Shown: positions 19,411-31,405 of the stretch, piece after piece | Layout: every line of letters starts with the position of its first letter | Numbering within the stretch: position 1 is the stretch's first letter | NCBI GenBank assembly: GCA_000004985.1 | Contig: GG738880.1 | DNA length: 64,000 bases | Direction: 5' to 3' (one strand) | Origin: Naegleria gruberi | Lineage: Eukaryota | Notes under the pieces: model-generated | Seen by the model: the letters and a program-made list of their open reading frames with translations, nothing else | Told to the model about the DNA's origin: nothing | The model's database searches: none | Position numbers and translations under genes: made by a program

Positions 19411-20356
19411 AACAATATTGGAAGAAGAACAATATTGGAAGAAGAATGTTTAATAAACAATTAACATTTTTAGTCATGTTGGATGTTGCAAAACACATTG
19501 TAAAGTCTATTCATTCTTCATTTGTTACTCCTTAGATAATACACCGATCTACATTAAAGATGTCTTTCCTTAATTGATGATTTTAAAGATCTATTTTTTT
19601 TCTATTTCGTTTGGTGAAAACCAAAACACATTGAAATAGAAAGGTCACAAAAATTGAAGCAAACAAGGAAATCATTCAAAACGCAGCGAGATATTTGTTG
19701 TAAAAGTGGCCTTAATAAAGCACAAAAACCATTTTCTCCTGCAACCACAGAAAACCCTCAAAATCAATAAATTCATAGACAAAGTTGTAAGGTAAAGGTC
19801 ACCTCAAAGTGGTTTCTGAAATGGGCCTTTGAGAGAGCGAGTGAGCTGAGAGGGTTGCAAATTTTGACGCTCACACTAAGCAGCATGCATTTCCCTTTCA
19901 ACACTGAGCCACACGACGCACTCCAAAACTCCTTCAGGTAATGATTCCAAGACGGTAAAAGTGGAAACTCACACTCAAAAAAAAACCCTCTTCCACACTC
20001 ATAGTCAAAGAAAAGTGTCTTTGAGTGGAATAATTATCATAATCATTAACACATTATTCTGTCGTACTACTCCTTTCGAAACTAGTTTAACGAGGTTTCA
20101 ACATTAATTCAGCCACCTTCTCAATTATTTCTCCTCATCGTGCATACCACCTTCGAGGTTGATATTTTTGTGCCAACCCTCATTTTCCCTTGCCAAACGG
20201 ATCACCACTCCTACCTGTACTGAGTTTGGAGCAGTCATTATAATCTAAATCACACTCTTTAAAAAAATTGTTGCTACATCACAACTTTAGTTTGGAGAAG
20301 ATATTGAACAACAACAGTCCAAGAAGAACATCATCATCGAGTAACAAATATTTGTA

Positions 20357-21517
20357 ATGCCGAAGGAATCAAAGAAGAAGAAGAATAATACTAAAATTGA
20401 AATCACTCACGAGATGATGGTAAGTAAACGAAATTCACATCCGTCGTCAACTTTATCATAATGTAAAGAAACCATACTTTTACTGTCCTCAAACTCTTGC
20501 TGCAAGATTATTGGGAGTCAGCATTAGCACATTGAAGAGAAGATTTTATGATCTCCATATTGGAAGGTAAGTTTTCCATACTGGAATCAGCCCAGTTCAA
20601 TTATTGTTATTACTATTATATTGTAACACGTCATTTATATTTTTCATAATAACCAACATGTTTGTAAAAACTAACACGGTTTCTGAAATATTTCACAATC
20701 CAATACAATTCTGTTACTTGATCGTTAACAATATAGATGGCCATATCAATGCATCTCTTTAAGTGAAAGAAAGAAGAGTATCTACTTTCTTATGAATGAA
20801 ACTGAACCTGAGGATGAAAAGGAAATTGATGAAAAGACAATGCATCACCTCAGACATGCATTCAAAGATGCTAGTAAGCCACTTCTCTCAATGAATGTTA
20901 ATCAAACCACTCAATTCCACTTTTGCTCATTCGTTGCTCAAGAAGAAGAAAATGCCAACTCTGACCATTCCAATTCCTTCCAAGAATCCAATGGAAAGGC
21001 CTTCACTGCACAAGGTCAAGCTCCACATCTTGGTGGTGGCAATGGAAAGAAGATTGTTATGCGTGAGATGGAACTTGGTAAAAAGGAAATGATACAACGT
21101 TCCAAGTCATCTCATTCATTGAGTTCTCTTTCTGGAGATAACCATCCACCCTACCACCCTTACAACTCCCCTGCTTTGACCGCTTTTCCATTGAAAAAGT
21201 CTTGTGCGGTCAGTGATAATGCTTCCAATATGTTGACTAATACCTATACTACTCAACCTCATGGTATTAGTGCATTATCATCTAACATTAAGACTTTTTC
21301 ACCTACCTCACCACACGGTGTTTGGCAGAGTTGCAATACTATGAGTTTGTCAGTTAACTATCCTTCACAATGTTACGTTTCACAACACTCACCATTGAGT
21401 TGTGGAACAACAAACTCTTCCTCTCCAAATTCTCCTCCAGCAATAATGTTTGGAATGGGTCACGAAAATCATGTCATTTTGCCTGAGATTCGTATTCAAG
21501 ACACCATTCAACATTAA
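20357..21517 (+). CDS. RWP-RK domain protein, 3 exons (20357..20419, 20469..20566, 20737..21517)
   Basis: Exon 1 ATG..GAGATGATG|GTAAGT. A 49-nt intron ends ..gtaaAG. Exon 2 encodes KPYFYCPQTLAARLLGVSISTLKRRFYDLHIGR, which is the RWP-RK core (compare the paralog at 24482). Its donor is AG|GTAAGT. A 170-nt intron ends ..aatatAG. Exon 3 begins in phase (R)WPYQCISL... and runs in frame into ORF 20792..21517. Confidence 0.7.
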
Positions 21518-21781
21518 GCTGTGTTGGTGACAAATTACATCATTGAATTCAATTGCATTCAATGATGAGCATTTATATATACCTCAAACTCTGTGTATTC
21601 CAGTTGGAGAGGACGAAAACCTAGCTGTAATTTATTGCTATCAATTACAGAATGTTGACAGTTCAACTCCATGAGAACCTTCTCTTTAGCTGTGGAATAC
21701 AATCAGTGTAAACAACAACAAAACAATCCTAATAAATTATTTATTCACTTAAAAAGATCTTTTGAATGGTTTTATAAGATT

Positions 21782-21850
21782 CGGTTTTTATTGAGCGACT
21801 ACAGCTATTTACTGTAAAGATTTAGGTGGGTACGGCGACATAAAATCCCC
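21782..21850 (+). repeat. copy A of a ~70-nt conserved noncoding element (candidate small ncRNA or cis-element)
   Basis: cGGTTTTTATTGAGCGACTACAGcTATTTACTGTAAAGATTTaGGTGGGTAcggCGACataAAAatcccc. It is nearly identical over ~45 nt to copy B at 23459. Confidence 0.4.
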
Positions 21851-23458
21851 ATTTTATTGCTCGAGATCTAAGGAATGATCTTAAAAGTGTTTTCAGGTAA
21901 TTAGCGAATTCATTTTCATTAAAAGGATATGGGTGATCGATCTCCTTCACCAATCTTACTGCATAGGGAATAAACATTCAGGTTGAGCAAGAATCTTAAA
22001 ACCATACGATGCAATTATTTTTTGTGATTGTGAAATTCTATTGGTGATGGTTCACATTATCTGAAAGTGATTCTGCACTGCTTTTCAAATCCACTTCTCG
22101 TTTGAATTAAATACTGTCATCAATTATCGCTCATTGTCTACACTTGGAGGAACATATGACAACTCAATGAAGAATTTTTGTAATTCAGACATATTGAAGA
22201 ATTGAGAAAATGTTTTTTAAATCCATGACCATCTCTTTCTAAGGGAAAATGTAAAGCAGTCAGTCCAAAAGAATTTGTTAAAATTGTGTGGAATCTTAAT
22301 ATTGATTTTCAATCCACTGTAGAGCTTTTAATTCTGAAATATGTTAATTGACCATAAACGCGCATCATTCGCCAACCTGTCAACAATCATGCCATAAATC
22401 CTTAATTAAACGCTGCTAAACATTCCAGTTGCATTAATCCAATAATTGTAAAGGAAGAGGCTTTGTTTCGAATGCTAATTTCTTCAGTTGATTCCCAAAG
22501 GTTTCGATGGTGATGGAATTTTTTTGAGTTTTCTATTGAAAAGATGAAACAATTATTTGCTTCGACACTCCTCAGAATAAGCAAACTCAAATAAAACAAT
22601 GTGGTCAGAGGTTTGGATTTCTATTGATTAAACAAATAGAAATTAACCCAAAAAAGAGCAACTCCCGTTCGATCCCAAAACTAAAAAGATTCTTGTCATA
22701 AATGGTCAGGATTTCAACCGATCTAGATTTTGTTAGATATCAAATCAAATATTACATCCTGCCGCTATCCAGGCAAGAATTCATATGTTAACCCAATGTT
22801 AATGGTACTTAACTCTTTTCAAATCAATTAAGAAACAGATCTAAGATTTCTTCCGCTTCCATAGAACTAGGAAATTGTTTACCAAATACTCAACAAAAGA
22901 AAGCAACTCCACACCATCTAGAGGAAGAACATCCTCAAATTCTAGCTGTCATCATTTGTCTAATTTTGAGAATGGTAATCCAATAGAAAAATAATATCTA
23001 ATTTTTAGGAACAAGATAACGGATTGGAAGTGTAGCATGTTGGTGATGACTCTTTTCTCATTGAGTGGGCTGTGCTTAATTGAAACATCAGAAATTCAGT
23101 TGTAGTTACTGAATTGCAAAGTTGAAGATTCACATCATCGATCCTTCTCTCCACAACAAGAGGAGAAGAACCAAGTCAATTTTTGCTAAAATGTTCATTT
23201 CCTTGAAAATGATGTTGTTGCTTGTGTTTAAAACTCATTGTATTCTACAGCTCATTGAGAAGGTTCTTTTTGTGAGGATGATAATTGCCTCCGTAATCAA
23301 GAGTCAATAGTAACTTTACACTACAGGAAGATAACCAGCACCCAGGTAGTGAGAATAGTGAGAAAATGAGAGTTGTGTGTAAAGGCTCATTCAAAAGCCT
23401 CATGAATGGTCCAGAAATGATATCGTAGTTGAATATTAGGATGCTCCAAGGTCAAGAT

Positions 23459-23536
23459 ACGGTTTTTATTGAGCGACTACAGTTATTTACTGTAAAGATT
23501 TGTGGTGGGTATTATGCGACGCAAAAAAATCACCGT
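23459..23536 (+). repeat. copy B of the same ~70-nt element
   Basis: acGGTTTTTATTGAGCGACTACAGtTATTTACTGTAAAGATTTgtGGTGGGTAttatgCGACgcAAAAaaatcaccgt. The 5' ACGGTTTTT can pair with the 3' AAAAAAA..CCGT, closing the element with a terminal stem. Confidence 0.4.
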
Positions 23537-24481
23537 CTCAGTTCAGTCATCATCCAATCCTGGACAAAACATTCGAGTCAACTCGTTGCCAAAAATGCAT
23601 TGACTTTCTTTGTGAGTTATAGACAGTCATCCTTCACTATTTTGCATTCCTTCCTTGGTTCTAATGTTGAATTACAACGAAACGCAGAGTAATCATTAGC
23701 CAAAGATTTGTATCGAATCCTTTAAAGATTTCTTCAGTTCCACTTGCTGTTTTCGAAAAATTTGACGCTCAACCCCATCTAAGCCATTAAAAAATCAGAT
23801 TATGCCTTCGTTTAAATACCATTTATGGATGGCGAACAAATAAAAAACCAGAATCTCAGTTTGCAACCCAGAAATTTCTAACAATATCGTTGTATTCTTC
23901 GTTGATGGATTATGTTGTTGATTAGCTGCATCTAATCATCAAGAGATATGAAATAATAAATAGAAAGACTTGCTCCTTACAAGGTTTGTAGATTTCAGTT
24001 AATTTACATTTTACCTCGTATCATATACCAATGTTTGACCTTCATACAGCAAAAATATCAAAACCCACGCTACAAAAAACAGAGATTGCAATAAAGCATC
24101 TGGAGTAATTCCAAATGTGTAAAATCCTTCGCCCTCTAGTGACCATATTTAGATAGAATCAGCGAAAATTTTTGGTCGTGCCTATTCCACATAAATTCTG
24201 GCCCACACAGAAAAACAGCAACATGAAGCATAAATGAAAATCCGTACAGATGCATTATAAAACCCTCTCCGAACCATTGGCTCACTCTTCTCACTTTAAA
24301 AAAACAAAACAACAATAACAACTATCACTGACCACAGTAATACTACTATTACGTGTCATTTCAAAGATACTTTAAACCACCGCAATTATTTCACTCTCTC
24401 ACGTGTAAGCCAACTAAGTAACCTTCCAAACACAAGAAAAATCAAAAAGTTACCAACCTACTACTGCTAATACCCAACACA

Positions 24482-25315
24482 ATGATCAGTCAACATACCT
24501 CATTAAATTATTCATCGAGTAATACTAATACATGTATTCCATCACATTATAGCAGACCACTTTCACCTCCAACTAATACATCACTTCCTTCGATACATTC
24601 CCTGAAAGAATTTTCTCATCAACCACAATACTCTCAGAGTTGTCCAGTTAGAACAGCAACCCATACTAATTCACAATATCCTCACCACTACTATCCTTTG
24701 ACCCATCACCATACTAATATTGATCAACAATATGCCTATGCCCCTGTAAATAATACTACCAATCTTTACCATAATAACAGTAATAGTAGTCATTCAGATG
24801 CTCTGTCGAGTGAAGACAGCAACACATCTAATCAGCATGTAAATAGAACTTCTCCTTCCCCAATTAAAGTTAAGAATAACAAGTCAGATAACAAACAAAA
24901 AGTGAAATCTCCAAATACTACTAATGCTCCTAATACTACTAATGGTATCAAAAAGAAGAGAAAGACTAAAAAGAATAAGATTATCATTGCAACTTCTGAA
25001 TTGGTTAGATGCATGACTTTACCACAAACAGTAGCTGCTAAAAAACTGAAAGTTTCTCTCAGTACTTTGAAGAGACGTTTCTATGAATTGAGTGTTGGAA
25101 GATGGCCATCAATTGCTCCAACAAATGAACCTGGATCTTCCTCAAAGACTGAAGAAGACATGTATGTGGAAAGTACAGATGCTACACCAGAACAAAAACT
25201 TTCACTTTCATTCATTATGAATAAGAAAGAATGTCCAGAATCGAGTGTAATTGATAATCTTTCAATGGTCATTCTGAAAGTTGCCTTTACTTTAAACACA
25301 AACGAAGAAAAATAA
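24482..25315 (+). CDS. RWP-RK domain protein, single exon (277 aa), paralog of 20357..21517
   Basis: Low-complexity N-terminus, a basic stretch KKKRKTKKNK, then ATSELVRCMTLPQTVAAKKLKVSLSTLKRRFYELSVGRWPSIAP, which is the RWP-RK motif. Confidence 0.8.
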   Translation: MISQHTSLNYSSSNTNTCIPSHYSRPLSPPTNTSLPSIHSLKEFSHQPQYSQSCPVRTATHTNSQYPHHYYPLTHHHTNIDQQYAYAPVNNTTNLYHNNSNSSHSDALSSEDSNTSNQHVNRTSPSPIKVKNNKSDNKQKVKSPNTTNAPNTTNGIKKKRKTKKNKIIIATSELVRCMTLPQTVAAKKLKVSLSTLKRRFYELSVGRWPSIAPTNEPGSSSKTEEDMYVESTDATPEQKLSLSFIMNKKECPESSVIDNLSMVILKVAFTLNTNEEK

Positions 25316-25783
25316 ATTAATTGTACATTGTAAAAATCAACTTTAACTGTTTCTACATTGAAAATCTCTTTGGATAATGAAATATTCAAATATTCAAATA
25401 TTCAAAATTATTCGTTTCGTTAATATTCTCAATTTATTGCACAAAACGCTATTCAAAAATATTCAGAATCTTTTTGCGTTAAAAAAATTTTGGATACCTA
25501 TCATCAGAATCACACAAGACTATCACGCACCAAGAAATTTTTTTATTCTTGCTGCCCTCTCCTCTTTCCTTCAGAAGGACGACACAACAAGCTATTACCA
25601 CAAAGAACACCCGATTATACAAAACACATTTATTTGTTGAATAGTAGTACTTGTTCTCTCTTACATTTCCCACCTAAAAAGATCTTTTGATCTAATTCCA
25701 TACCCTATTTTCATCGTCATCATTGCTCCTTCTCCTTTTTAAAATTCCATAACAATTCCCTGTAGAAATAACTTCTTGCTACA

Positions 25784-28666
25784 ATGAATAAGAGAAAATT
25801 TGATGAAGAGGAAGTTCCTCAACAGGAAGACCCTCTTAATTTTGTAGCGTTAGACTCCACTCTTAATCCTGCACAATTCCCAACAACAACAATAACAACA
25901 ACAGAAAATTTAATTTCCACCAATACAAGTAACTTAACTTCCCATCCAACCGACTCTTCCAATCCTCATCCCAACTCTGATCAACTAACACCTAAAAAGA
26001 GAAAAATTAATAGTATTTCTCCTAGTGATTTAAATCACATTCACACATTCACTCCAGACTCTACAACATTGGATTTTAGAATTATGAATTTAAAATCAGC
26101 TTCCAGTTCTGCACCAGAGGATGAAGGTATTCATGATCCGAATATACCTGAAATAACATCTTCAGTAATGAATGACGATAGCATCTTTTTTGATAATGAA
26201 TTAGATGAAAGTCTTTACCTTTCTTCAGCATTTTCTTCCACAGAACGTGAAGAAATAAGAATGCAAACAAAGAAATTTATTGAAATTCAAAAATTGAATG
26301 AACAACAATATGTTCAACATGCTGTTAAATATGTAAGAAGTATTTCTGAAGTCAACAGAATTATCAATGTTGGAGAATGGTTCGGTACAGAAGAGCTAGA
26401 AGAATCCTTTGTTCAGGGCATTACACCCTCCCAAAGTCAAGAAAATTTCAAAATTCCACAAGTCTCCTTGATGAATGCAACAAATCCAAAAGCTCAAATT
26501 TCTTCAATAACCACTCCAGAAATTGTCTTTCTACCAAAGGTATTCTCCTCTTTGATAAAACCTCACCAGTTAGAAGGAATTAGATTTTGTTGGAGTCATA
26601 TCATCCTTCCTCCAAATGATACCCTTAGAGGATGTATCCTTGGTCACTCCAATGGCCTAGGAAAAACATTAACAGTTATTGCTTTTTCCTATCTCTTCCT
26701 CAAGTATAATAAGGGTAAGAAGATTTTAATCATTTGTCCTCGTTCTGTTATTCAAAACTGGGAAAGAGAAATTTCTTCATGGTTACATTCACTAAGATTG
26801 GAATACATTCCATGTTATGTACTTGACCATGGTAAAGACTCTAGAGTTAGTAGGTTAGAAAAACTTCAAGAATGGGATTCAAAAGGAGGCATTCTCTTGA
26901 TGTGTTTCACTTCATTTTCAAGATGGACCGAAACACAATATTCCAACATTGATTCCAAAAGCTGTCAAAATAGATTTGATTTCGAAAAGAAGATTTCTGA
27001 CTATTTAAGAGGATGTGATCTAGCAATTGTAGATGAAGGGCATAGATTGAAGAATCCAAGCTCATCAATCAGCAAAGCTCTTTATTGCAATATTCAAACA
27101 AGAAATCGTATTGTTTTGACAGGAGTTCCACCTCAATTTGATCTTATGGAATACTATACCATTTTAGATTGGATTAGACCTGGCTATTGGTCCTTGAACG
27201 AATTCAAACACTTGTTCATTGATCCTATGAATAATCACTCAATTGAATCCATCAAACAAAGATATTATGTACTCAAACACGAATTGAGCTATTTTGTCCA
27301 CCGAAAAGATCAATCAGTACTTAAATCCTATCTTCCACCAAAAAGAGAATATGTTATTCAATTCCATCCTCATGATATCCAAGTATCACTTTATAATAAC
27401 TTTATACAATCTAGAGACGGAGATGAAAAGTGTATATACTATGTTACTTGCATGCTTCAAAAGATCCTAAACCATCCTGATTGGGTAGTTGATTATTGCC
27501 AAGCTAATAATCCAAAAGACTCCAACACTTCATCTATCAAATTATTCTCAGATGAAAGATTGGACTTGGAGGGAAGCAAATCCTCACATGCTGACTTGAA
27601 CTCCTATTCATTAAACACTGAGATTTCTGATGAAGATATGAGTGTTGCTCCATCAATCAGTAACACCATGTTTAACATGCTAGAAAAAGCTGAAAAGTAC
27701 AAGGATAGTTCAGAGAATATAGAATGGGCTAGCCCTGTTCATTCCAGAAGTTACATTATGAATGCCATCGATCATTCTCCAAAAATGCTTTGCTTGATTA
27801 GAATGATAGAGCAATGTTTCTTATCCAATGAAAAGATCCTAGTTTTTAGTCAATATCAAGAAACTCTAGATATTATTGAGAGAATAATTAATAATGTTAA
27901 TATCACTACAGGTTTACCATTAGAAGACGAACATCAACCACTTAAAAGAAAGCTCAAAAGAAATTTGGATTATTATAGATTGGATGAATCAATGTCAGTT
28001 TCACTTGGGCAAAGTGTTGTAGACTCATTCAACTCATCCAATGATGCACCTTTATTATTGATCAGTACAAAAGTTGGTTCCTTAGGTATTGACTTGTCTA
28101 CTAGTCAAAAGATTGTCTTGTATGATGTTTGTTGGGATTCCTCTTGGGATAATCAAGCAGTATTTAGATCTTTCAGATATGGTCAAACAAAACCAGTTTC
28201 CATCTATAGATTTGTCATGTATAATACTATTGAAAGCAAAATATTTGAAAAATTGTGTACTAAAACCTCTCCATTTAAGAATCTAAGCGAGGATAAAAAG
28301 GATTTCCTCAACAAGGATGACTTTGTTCCTTACACAAAACCTCCTTCCGAAAATGTAACCATTTCAAAAACTGACCAATTACTTTCTAATGTTTTGAACA
28401 GTGATATTAGAATTTTGAAATACCTTCGATCAATCTTTGATTATGAAAGTCTTTATATTGAAGCTATAGATGACATGACATCAAACGAACAAACAAATTA
28501 TAAGAGTCGGTATGAATTGGACTTTTCTAACTATACCACCAAAGATAGGAATAGAAACAATTCTACAAGCGAGGAAGGTGACGAAAGCGAAGAAAGTGAA
28601 CAGTATGAAGATGAAACAAGTTCAGATTCAGAACAATTCGAAAGTGAAGAAGAAGAAATTGAATAA
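25784..28666 (+). CDS. SNF2-family DNA-dependent ATPase, ATRX/ARIP4(RAD54L2)-like subfamily (960 aa)
   Basis: SNF2_N motifs LIKPHQLEGIRFCW, GCILGHSNGLGKTLTVIAF (motif I), DEGHRLKNPSS (DEGH box), LTGVPPQFDLMEYYTILDWIRPGY. Helicase-C block LISTKVGSLGIDLSTSQKIVLYDVCWDSSWDNQAVFRSFRYGQTKPVSIYRFVMYNTIESKIFEK, with an acidic C-terminal tail. Confidence 0.85.
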   Translation: MNKRKFDEEEVPQQEDPLNFVALDSTLNPAQFPTTTITTTENLISTNTSNLTSHPTDSSNPHPNSDQLTPKKRKINSISPSDLNHIHTFTPDSTTLDFRIMNLKSASSSAPEDEGIHDPNIPEITSSVMNDDSIFFDNELDESLYLSSAFSSTEREEIRMQTKKFIEIQKLNEQQYVQHAVKYVRSISEVNRIINVGEWFGTEELEESFVQGITPSQSQENFKIPQVSLMNATNPKAQISSITTPEIVFLPKVFSSLIKPHQLEGIRFCWSHIILPPNDTLRGCILGHSNGLGKTLTVIAFSYLFLKYNKGKKILIICPRSVIQNWEREISSWLHSLRLEYIPCYVLDHGKDSRVSRLEKLQEWDSKGGILLMCFTSFSRWTETQYSNIDSKSCQNRFDFEKKISDYLRGCDLAIVDEGHRLKNPSSSISKALYCNIQTRNRIVLTGVPPQFDLMEYYTILDWIRPGYWSLNEFKHLFIDPMNNHSIESIKQRYYVLKHELSYFVHRKDQSVLKSYLPPKREYVIQFHPHDIQVSLYNNFIQSRDGDEKCIYYVTCMLQKILNHPDWVVDYCQANNPKDSNTSSIKLFSDERLDLEGSKSSHADLNSYSLNTEISDEDMSVAPSISNTMFNMLEKAEKYKDSSENIEWASPVHSRSYIMNAIDHSPKMLCLIRMIEQCFLSNEKILVFSQYQETLDIIERIINNVNITTGLPLEDEHQPLKRKLKRNLDYYRLDESMSVSLGQSVVDSFNSSNDAPLLLISTKVGSLGIDLSTSQKIVLYDVCWDSSWDNQAVFRSFRYGQTKPVSIYRFVMYNTIESKIFEKLCTKTSPFKNLSEDKKDFLNKDDFVPYTKPPSENVTISKTDQLLSNVLNSDIRILKYLRSIFDYESLYIEAIDDMTSNEQTNYKSRYELDFSNYTTKDRNRNNSTSEEGDESEESEQYEDETSSDSEQFESEEEEIE

Positions 28667-28677
28667 AATTTTAATCA

Positions 28678-29166
28678 CTAGTTTGTTCTTCTCAATATTT
28701 CCAGTTCTTCTAATAATCGTCTGTTTGTATCCTCTAGTTGTTGTTCGCCTTTTTCCAAATTACTAATATAATTTGCAATTTCCTTTTGTCTAACAATCAG
28801 ATCATGTTCTGCAGCCTTATGTGAGGCACTAATTAATTGAAGTTCTTCTTTTAAATTACAATTTTCATTTTGAAGCCTTCCATGTATTTCAAGTAAGGAA
28901 TGAAAATTAGTTTCATCCATTCCTTGATTCAAAGAATTCATCCCAGAATCTAGGCTTTTTGATCCCAGATTATCTATTAGGAAAGGTTGTATTGATGATT
29001 CATGTTCGGTTTTGTTGGATAATGTTGTTTGTGTACTGAATGATGAGTTTGTATTATTATTTACATGGGATTGCTGTTCGGAATATTGTTGTTGATGTAG
29101 ATCAATTACTATAAGGCTTGAATTACTACTACTAAGGGAGTTTATTTGATGATGTTGCGAGGTCAT
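28678..29166 (-). CDS. small hypothetical protein with a C-terminal coiled coil (162 aa)
   Basis: Ser/Asn/Gln-rich N-terminus. The C-terminal part (LLEIHGRLQNENCNLKEELQLISASHKAAEHDLIVRQKEIANYISNLEKGEQQLEDTNRRLLEELEILRR) has clear heptad character. Stop codons are 12 nt apart and convergent with the SNF2 gene. Confidence 0.45.
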   Translation of the reverse strand: MTSQHHQINSLSSSNSSLIVIDLHQQQYSEQQSHVNNNTNSSFSTQTTLSNKTEHESSIQPFLIDNLGSKSLDSGMNSLNQGMDETNFHSLLEIHGRLQNENCNLKEELQLISASHKAAEHDLIVRQKEIANYISNLEKGEQQLEDTNRRLLEELEILRRTN

Positions 29167-29540
29167 AGGTGGATGTATTTACAAGTTGTTTATTGTTGTG
29201 TGTTGTTGGGTTATTTTTTTGACTGCCACACACAGTGTGTTGAATGTTTGTCTTTACAATAGACAGAAAAAAAAATCACAATGTTCATTCACTTAGACCT
29301 AGCATTGACTCACCTCTGAGAGTTTAGTTATTGTGGTTGTATTCATGGCAACCACACCTTGGTTCCGTTTGTTGATTATTTACAAGTAGTGTACATTTGT
29401 GCTGGGGCACAGTTAGTAGTTCGGTAGCAAAACTCTATATGGTACATTTACATCAGGATAATGAAGAGGAGGATTACTGATTCTCAGTACATACTATTAA
29501 TATTTACATCTCTGTAACAGGAGGATAGAAGGAGGAGGGA

Positions 29541-31031
29541 TTAGAAGGTAAAATCCAAAAAGAAGGACAAATCCGAGTCAGGTTTCAAATCAGATGAAGA
29601 GTATTCTGCAGAGTATTGTGGATCAAATCTCCTTGATTCAACAATAGTCTTGTATGCAAAGTCATTATCATCGTTCCATAAATCCTCAAGATAGGATTGT
29701 CTCATCTTTTGAAGTTGTTCACTCGAGTAGTAAATTGGCTGAGAATTTTGAGAAGTAGATGATTTGCCAGAGCAATGACTGCATACCGTACTTCCAGGAG
29801 CATGGTGATAAATACAATTATTGGCTGAGACTGAAGGTTGTGGGATTGTAGTAGTTGGATAAAAGTCATATTCGTCAAAGTTAGTATAGCTAATGGAAGG
29901 GTCAGACAAGACATATTCATTATCCATGTCAGAGTCTAGGTTGAAGGTAGGTTGAGTTAGTTGTGGGTATGTATTGGTGGATGAAGATAGAGCAGAAGAT
30001 GAAGATGATTGAACTTTTGGTTCACTACTGGTTGAAGCGCTTGTCATTTTACGCTTCTTAATTTCTGGTTGAGGAGAGGTAGTTTCTTCTTCATCATCCT
30101 CTTCTTCCTCAGATTGTTCATCTTCGTATTCATCTTCATCTTCTTGAGAAGGTTTGTACTCATCATCTTCCTCATAATCATAACTACTATCTCTACTAGC
30201 CTTCTTTCTCTTTCTATTAACCTTGGAAGATGACTTGATTGATTTTGAGTCTTCTTCATCATCATCTTCACCTGTAGGAATGGAGGCAGAAGCAAGTATG
30301 TCACTTTCATCACCTGAAATTTCTCTGTCACCTGTAACAATACGAGTTGTCTTGATATCAAGAAGTTTGTTACTATTACTGAAACGTAATTGAATCGTAA
30401 TGGATTGAATACCATCAGACGAAGATTTAGAGTTTGACTTTTTTCTCTTTGGACATGGTGGTAAGGTGATTTCACAAACTCCTCCACTTTTTTTGGCTTT
30501 ATCCTTACACTTTTCTACAACTCTTCTCAAAGTTGAATTCCAGTGGTTCTTGATAGCATTAGCAGTTCTTCCATTGAGTACTTTGGCAATTTGAGCCCAT
30601 TTGTTACCATGTTTTTCATGATACTCTATGATAATTCTGTCTTCTTCAGGAGTCCACCAATCTTTCTTTACAGATGGATCTAAATGGTTATACCATCTCT
30701 CTCTGCATTGTTTACCAATTCTACCAGGGAGTTCTTGAGCAATTTGTGACCATTTCTTTGCTCCAAACTTTTCTACAAGCTTTCTGAGATGATCGTCTTC
30801 TTCATCTGTCCATCCTCCTCTGATATTCTTGGTCTCCTTGTTCTTTTGTTTGGAACCCTTCTTTTTTGGAGTCTTTTTCTTCTTGGATGATTTATCACTT
30901 GAAGAAGTACTAGAATCAGTTTGATATTCTTCTTCAAAGTTTGTATATTCCTCTCCTCCACTTACATCCTCTTGAGGAGAGATGGGATTGCTGAGCTCAG
31001 CAGACATTGTATAATCTAGTAAGTGTGACAA
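29541..31031 (-). CDS. R2R3-type Myb DNA-binding transcription factor (496 aa)
   Basis: Two Myb/SANT repeats: [47 protein letters not shown] and [49 protein letters not shown], with regularly spaced Trp. The flanking regions are acidic/Ser-rich. Confidence 0.85.
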   Translation of the reverse strand: MSHLLDYTMSAELSNPISPQEDVSGGEEYTNFEEEYQTDSSTSSSDKSSKKKKTPKKKGSKQKNKETKNIRGGWTDEEDDHLRKLVEKFGAKKWSQIAQELPGRIGKQCRERWYNHLDPSVKKDWWTPEEDRIIIEYHEKHGNKWAQIAKVLNGRTANAIKNHWNSTLRRVVEKCKDKAKKSGGVCEITLPPCPKRKKSNSKSSSDGIQSITIQLRFSNSNKLLDIKTTRIVTGDREISGDESDILASASIPTGEDDDEEDSKSIKSSSKVNRKRKKASRDSSYDYEEDDEYKPSQEDEDEYEDEQSEEEEDDEEETTSPQPEIKKRKMTSASTSSEPKVQSSSSSALSSSTNTYPQLTQPTFNLDSDMDNEYVLSDPSISYTNFDEYDFYPTTTIPQPSVSANNCIYHHAPGSTVCSHCSGKSSTSQNSQPIYYSSEQLQKMRQSYLEDLWNDDNDFAYKTIVESRRFDPQYSAEYSSSDLKPDSDLSFFLDFTF

Positions 31032-31361
31032 GTTAGTGATAATACTATAGTACTATTTGTTGTTGTTGTTGTTGGTCTATGTACAATAAGGCACTGATAA
31101 GATGTTTTTTGCAAAGCCGGCAAAATTCACCGTTAAAAATATTCAAGAGATAACAAAGGGCAAAACTACGACGGTAGCGTTTGAGGTTTTTTTTTGATGA
31201 TTTTTTTAAAAAATAAAATTTAATTTTGGAGCCATTTTTTCATTCGCTGGTTGCCTATTTTTAATTTTCCGAGTAATCTGATTGGTGGGAAAACTGTAAA
31301 CCAATCGTCATGCTAGCTATTTTTGAGTGCACCCAAAGGAAGAACATTCTAAAGGGAGCAC

Positions 31362-31405
31362 ACACCATTCTCTCTCGTATTGATTATCAATAACGAGAAT
31401 GGTGA
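31362..31405. promoter_or_regulatory. ~44-bp imperfect palindrome in the divergent Myb / nucleotidyltransferase intergenic region
   Basis: CACCATTCTCtctcGTATTGAT t ATCAATAACGAGAATGGTG. The arms are near-perfect reverse complements (CACCATTCTC...GAGAATGGTG) around a central ATTGAT.ATCAAT core. It lies about 330 bp upstream of the Myb ATG. Confidence 0.35.

Noticed and set aside
21782-23536. Possibility that the duplicated 70-nt elements are dictyostelid Class I RNA genes
   Set aside because: The internal motif GACTACAGCTA matches the Class I 11-mer (CCTTACAGCAA) at only 7 of 11 positions. The elements are longer than typical Class I RNAs, and no DUSE-like ACCCA[CT]AA motif was found about 60 nt upstream. 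Kept only as a generic candidate ncRNA or cis-element.
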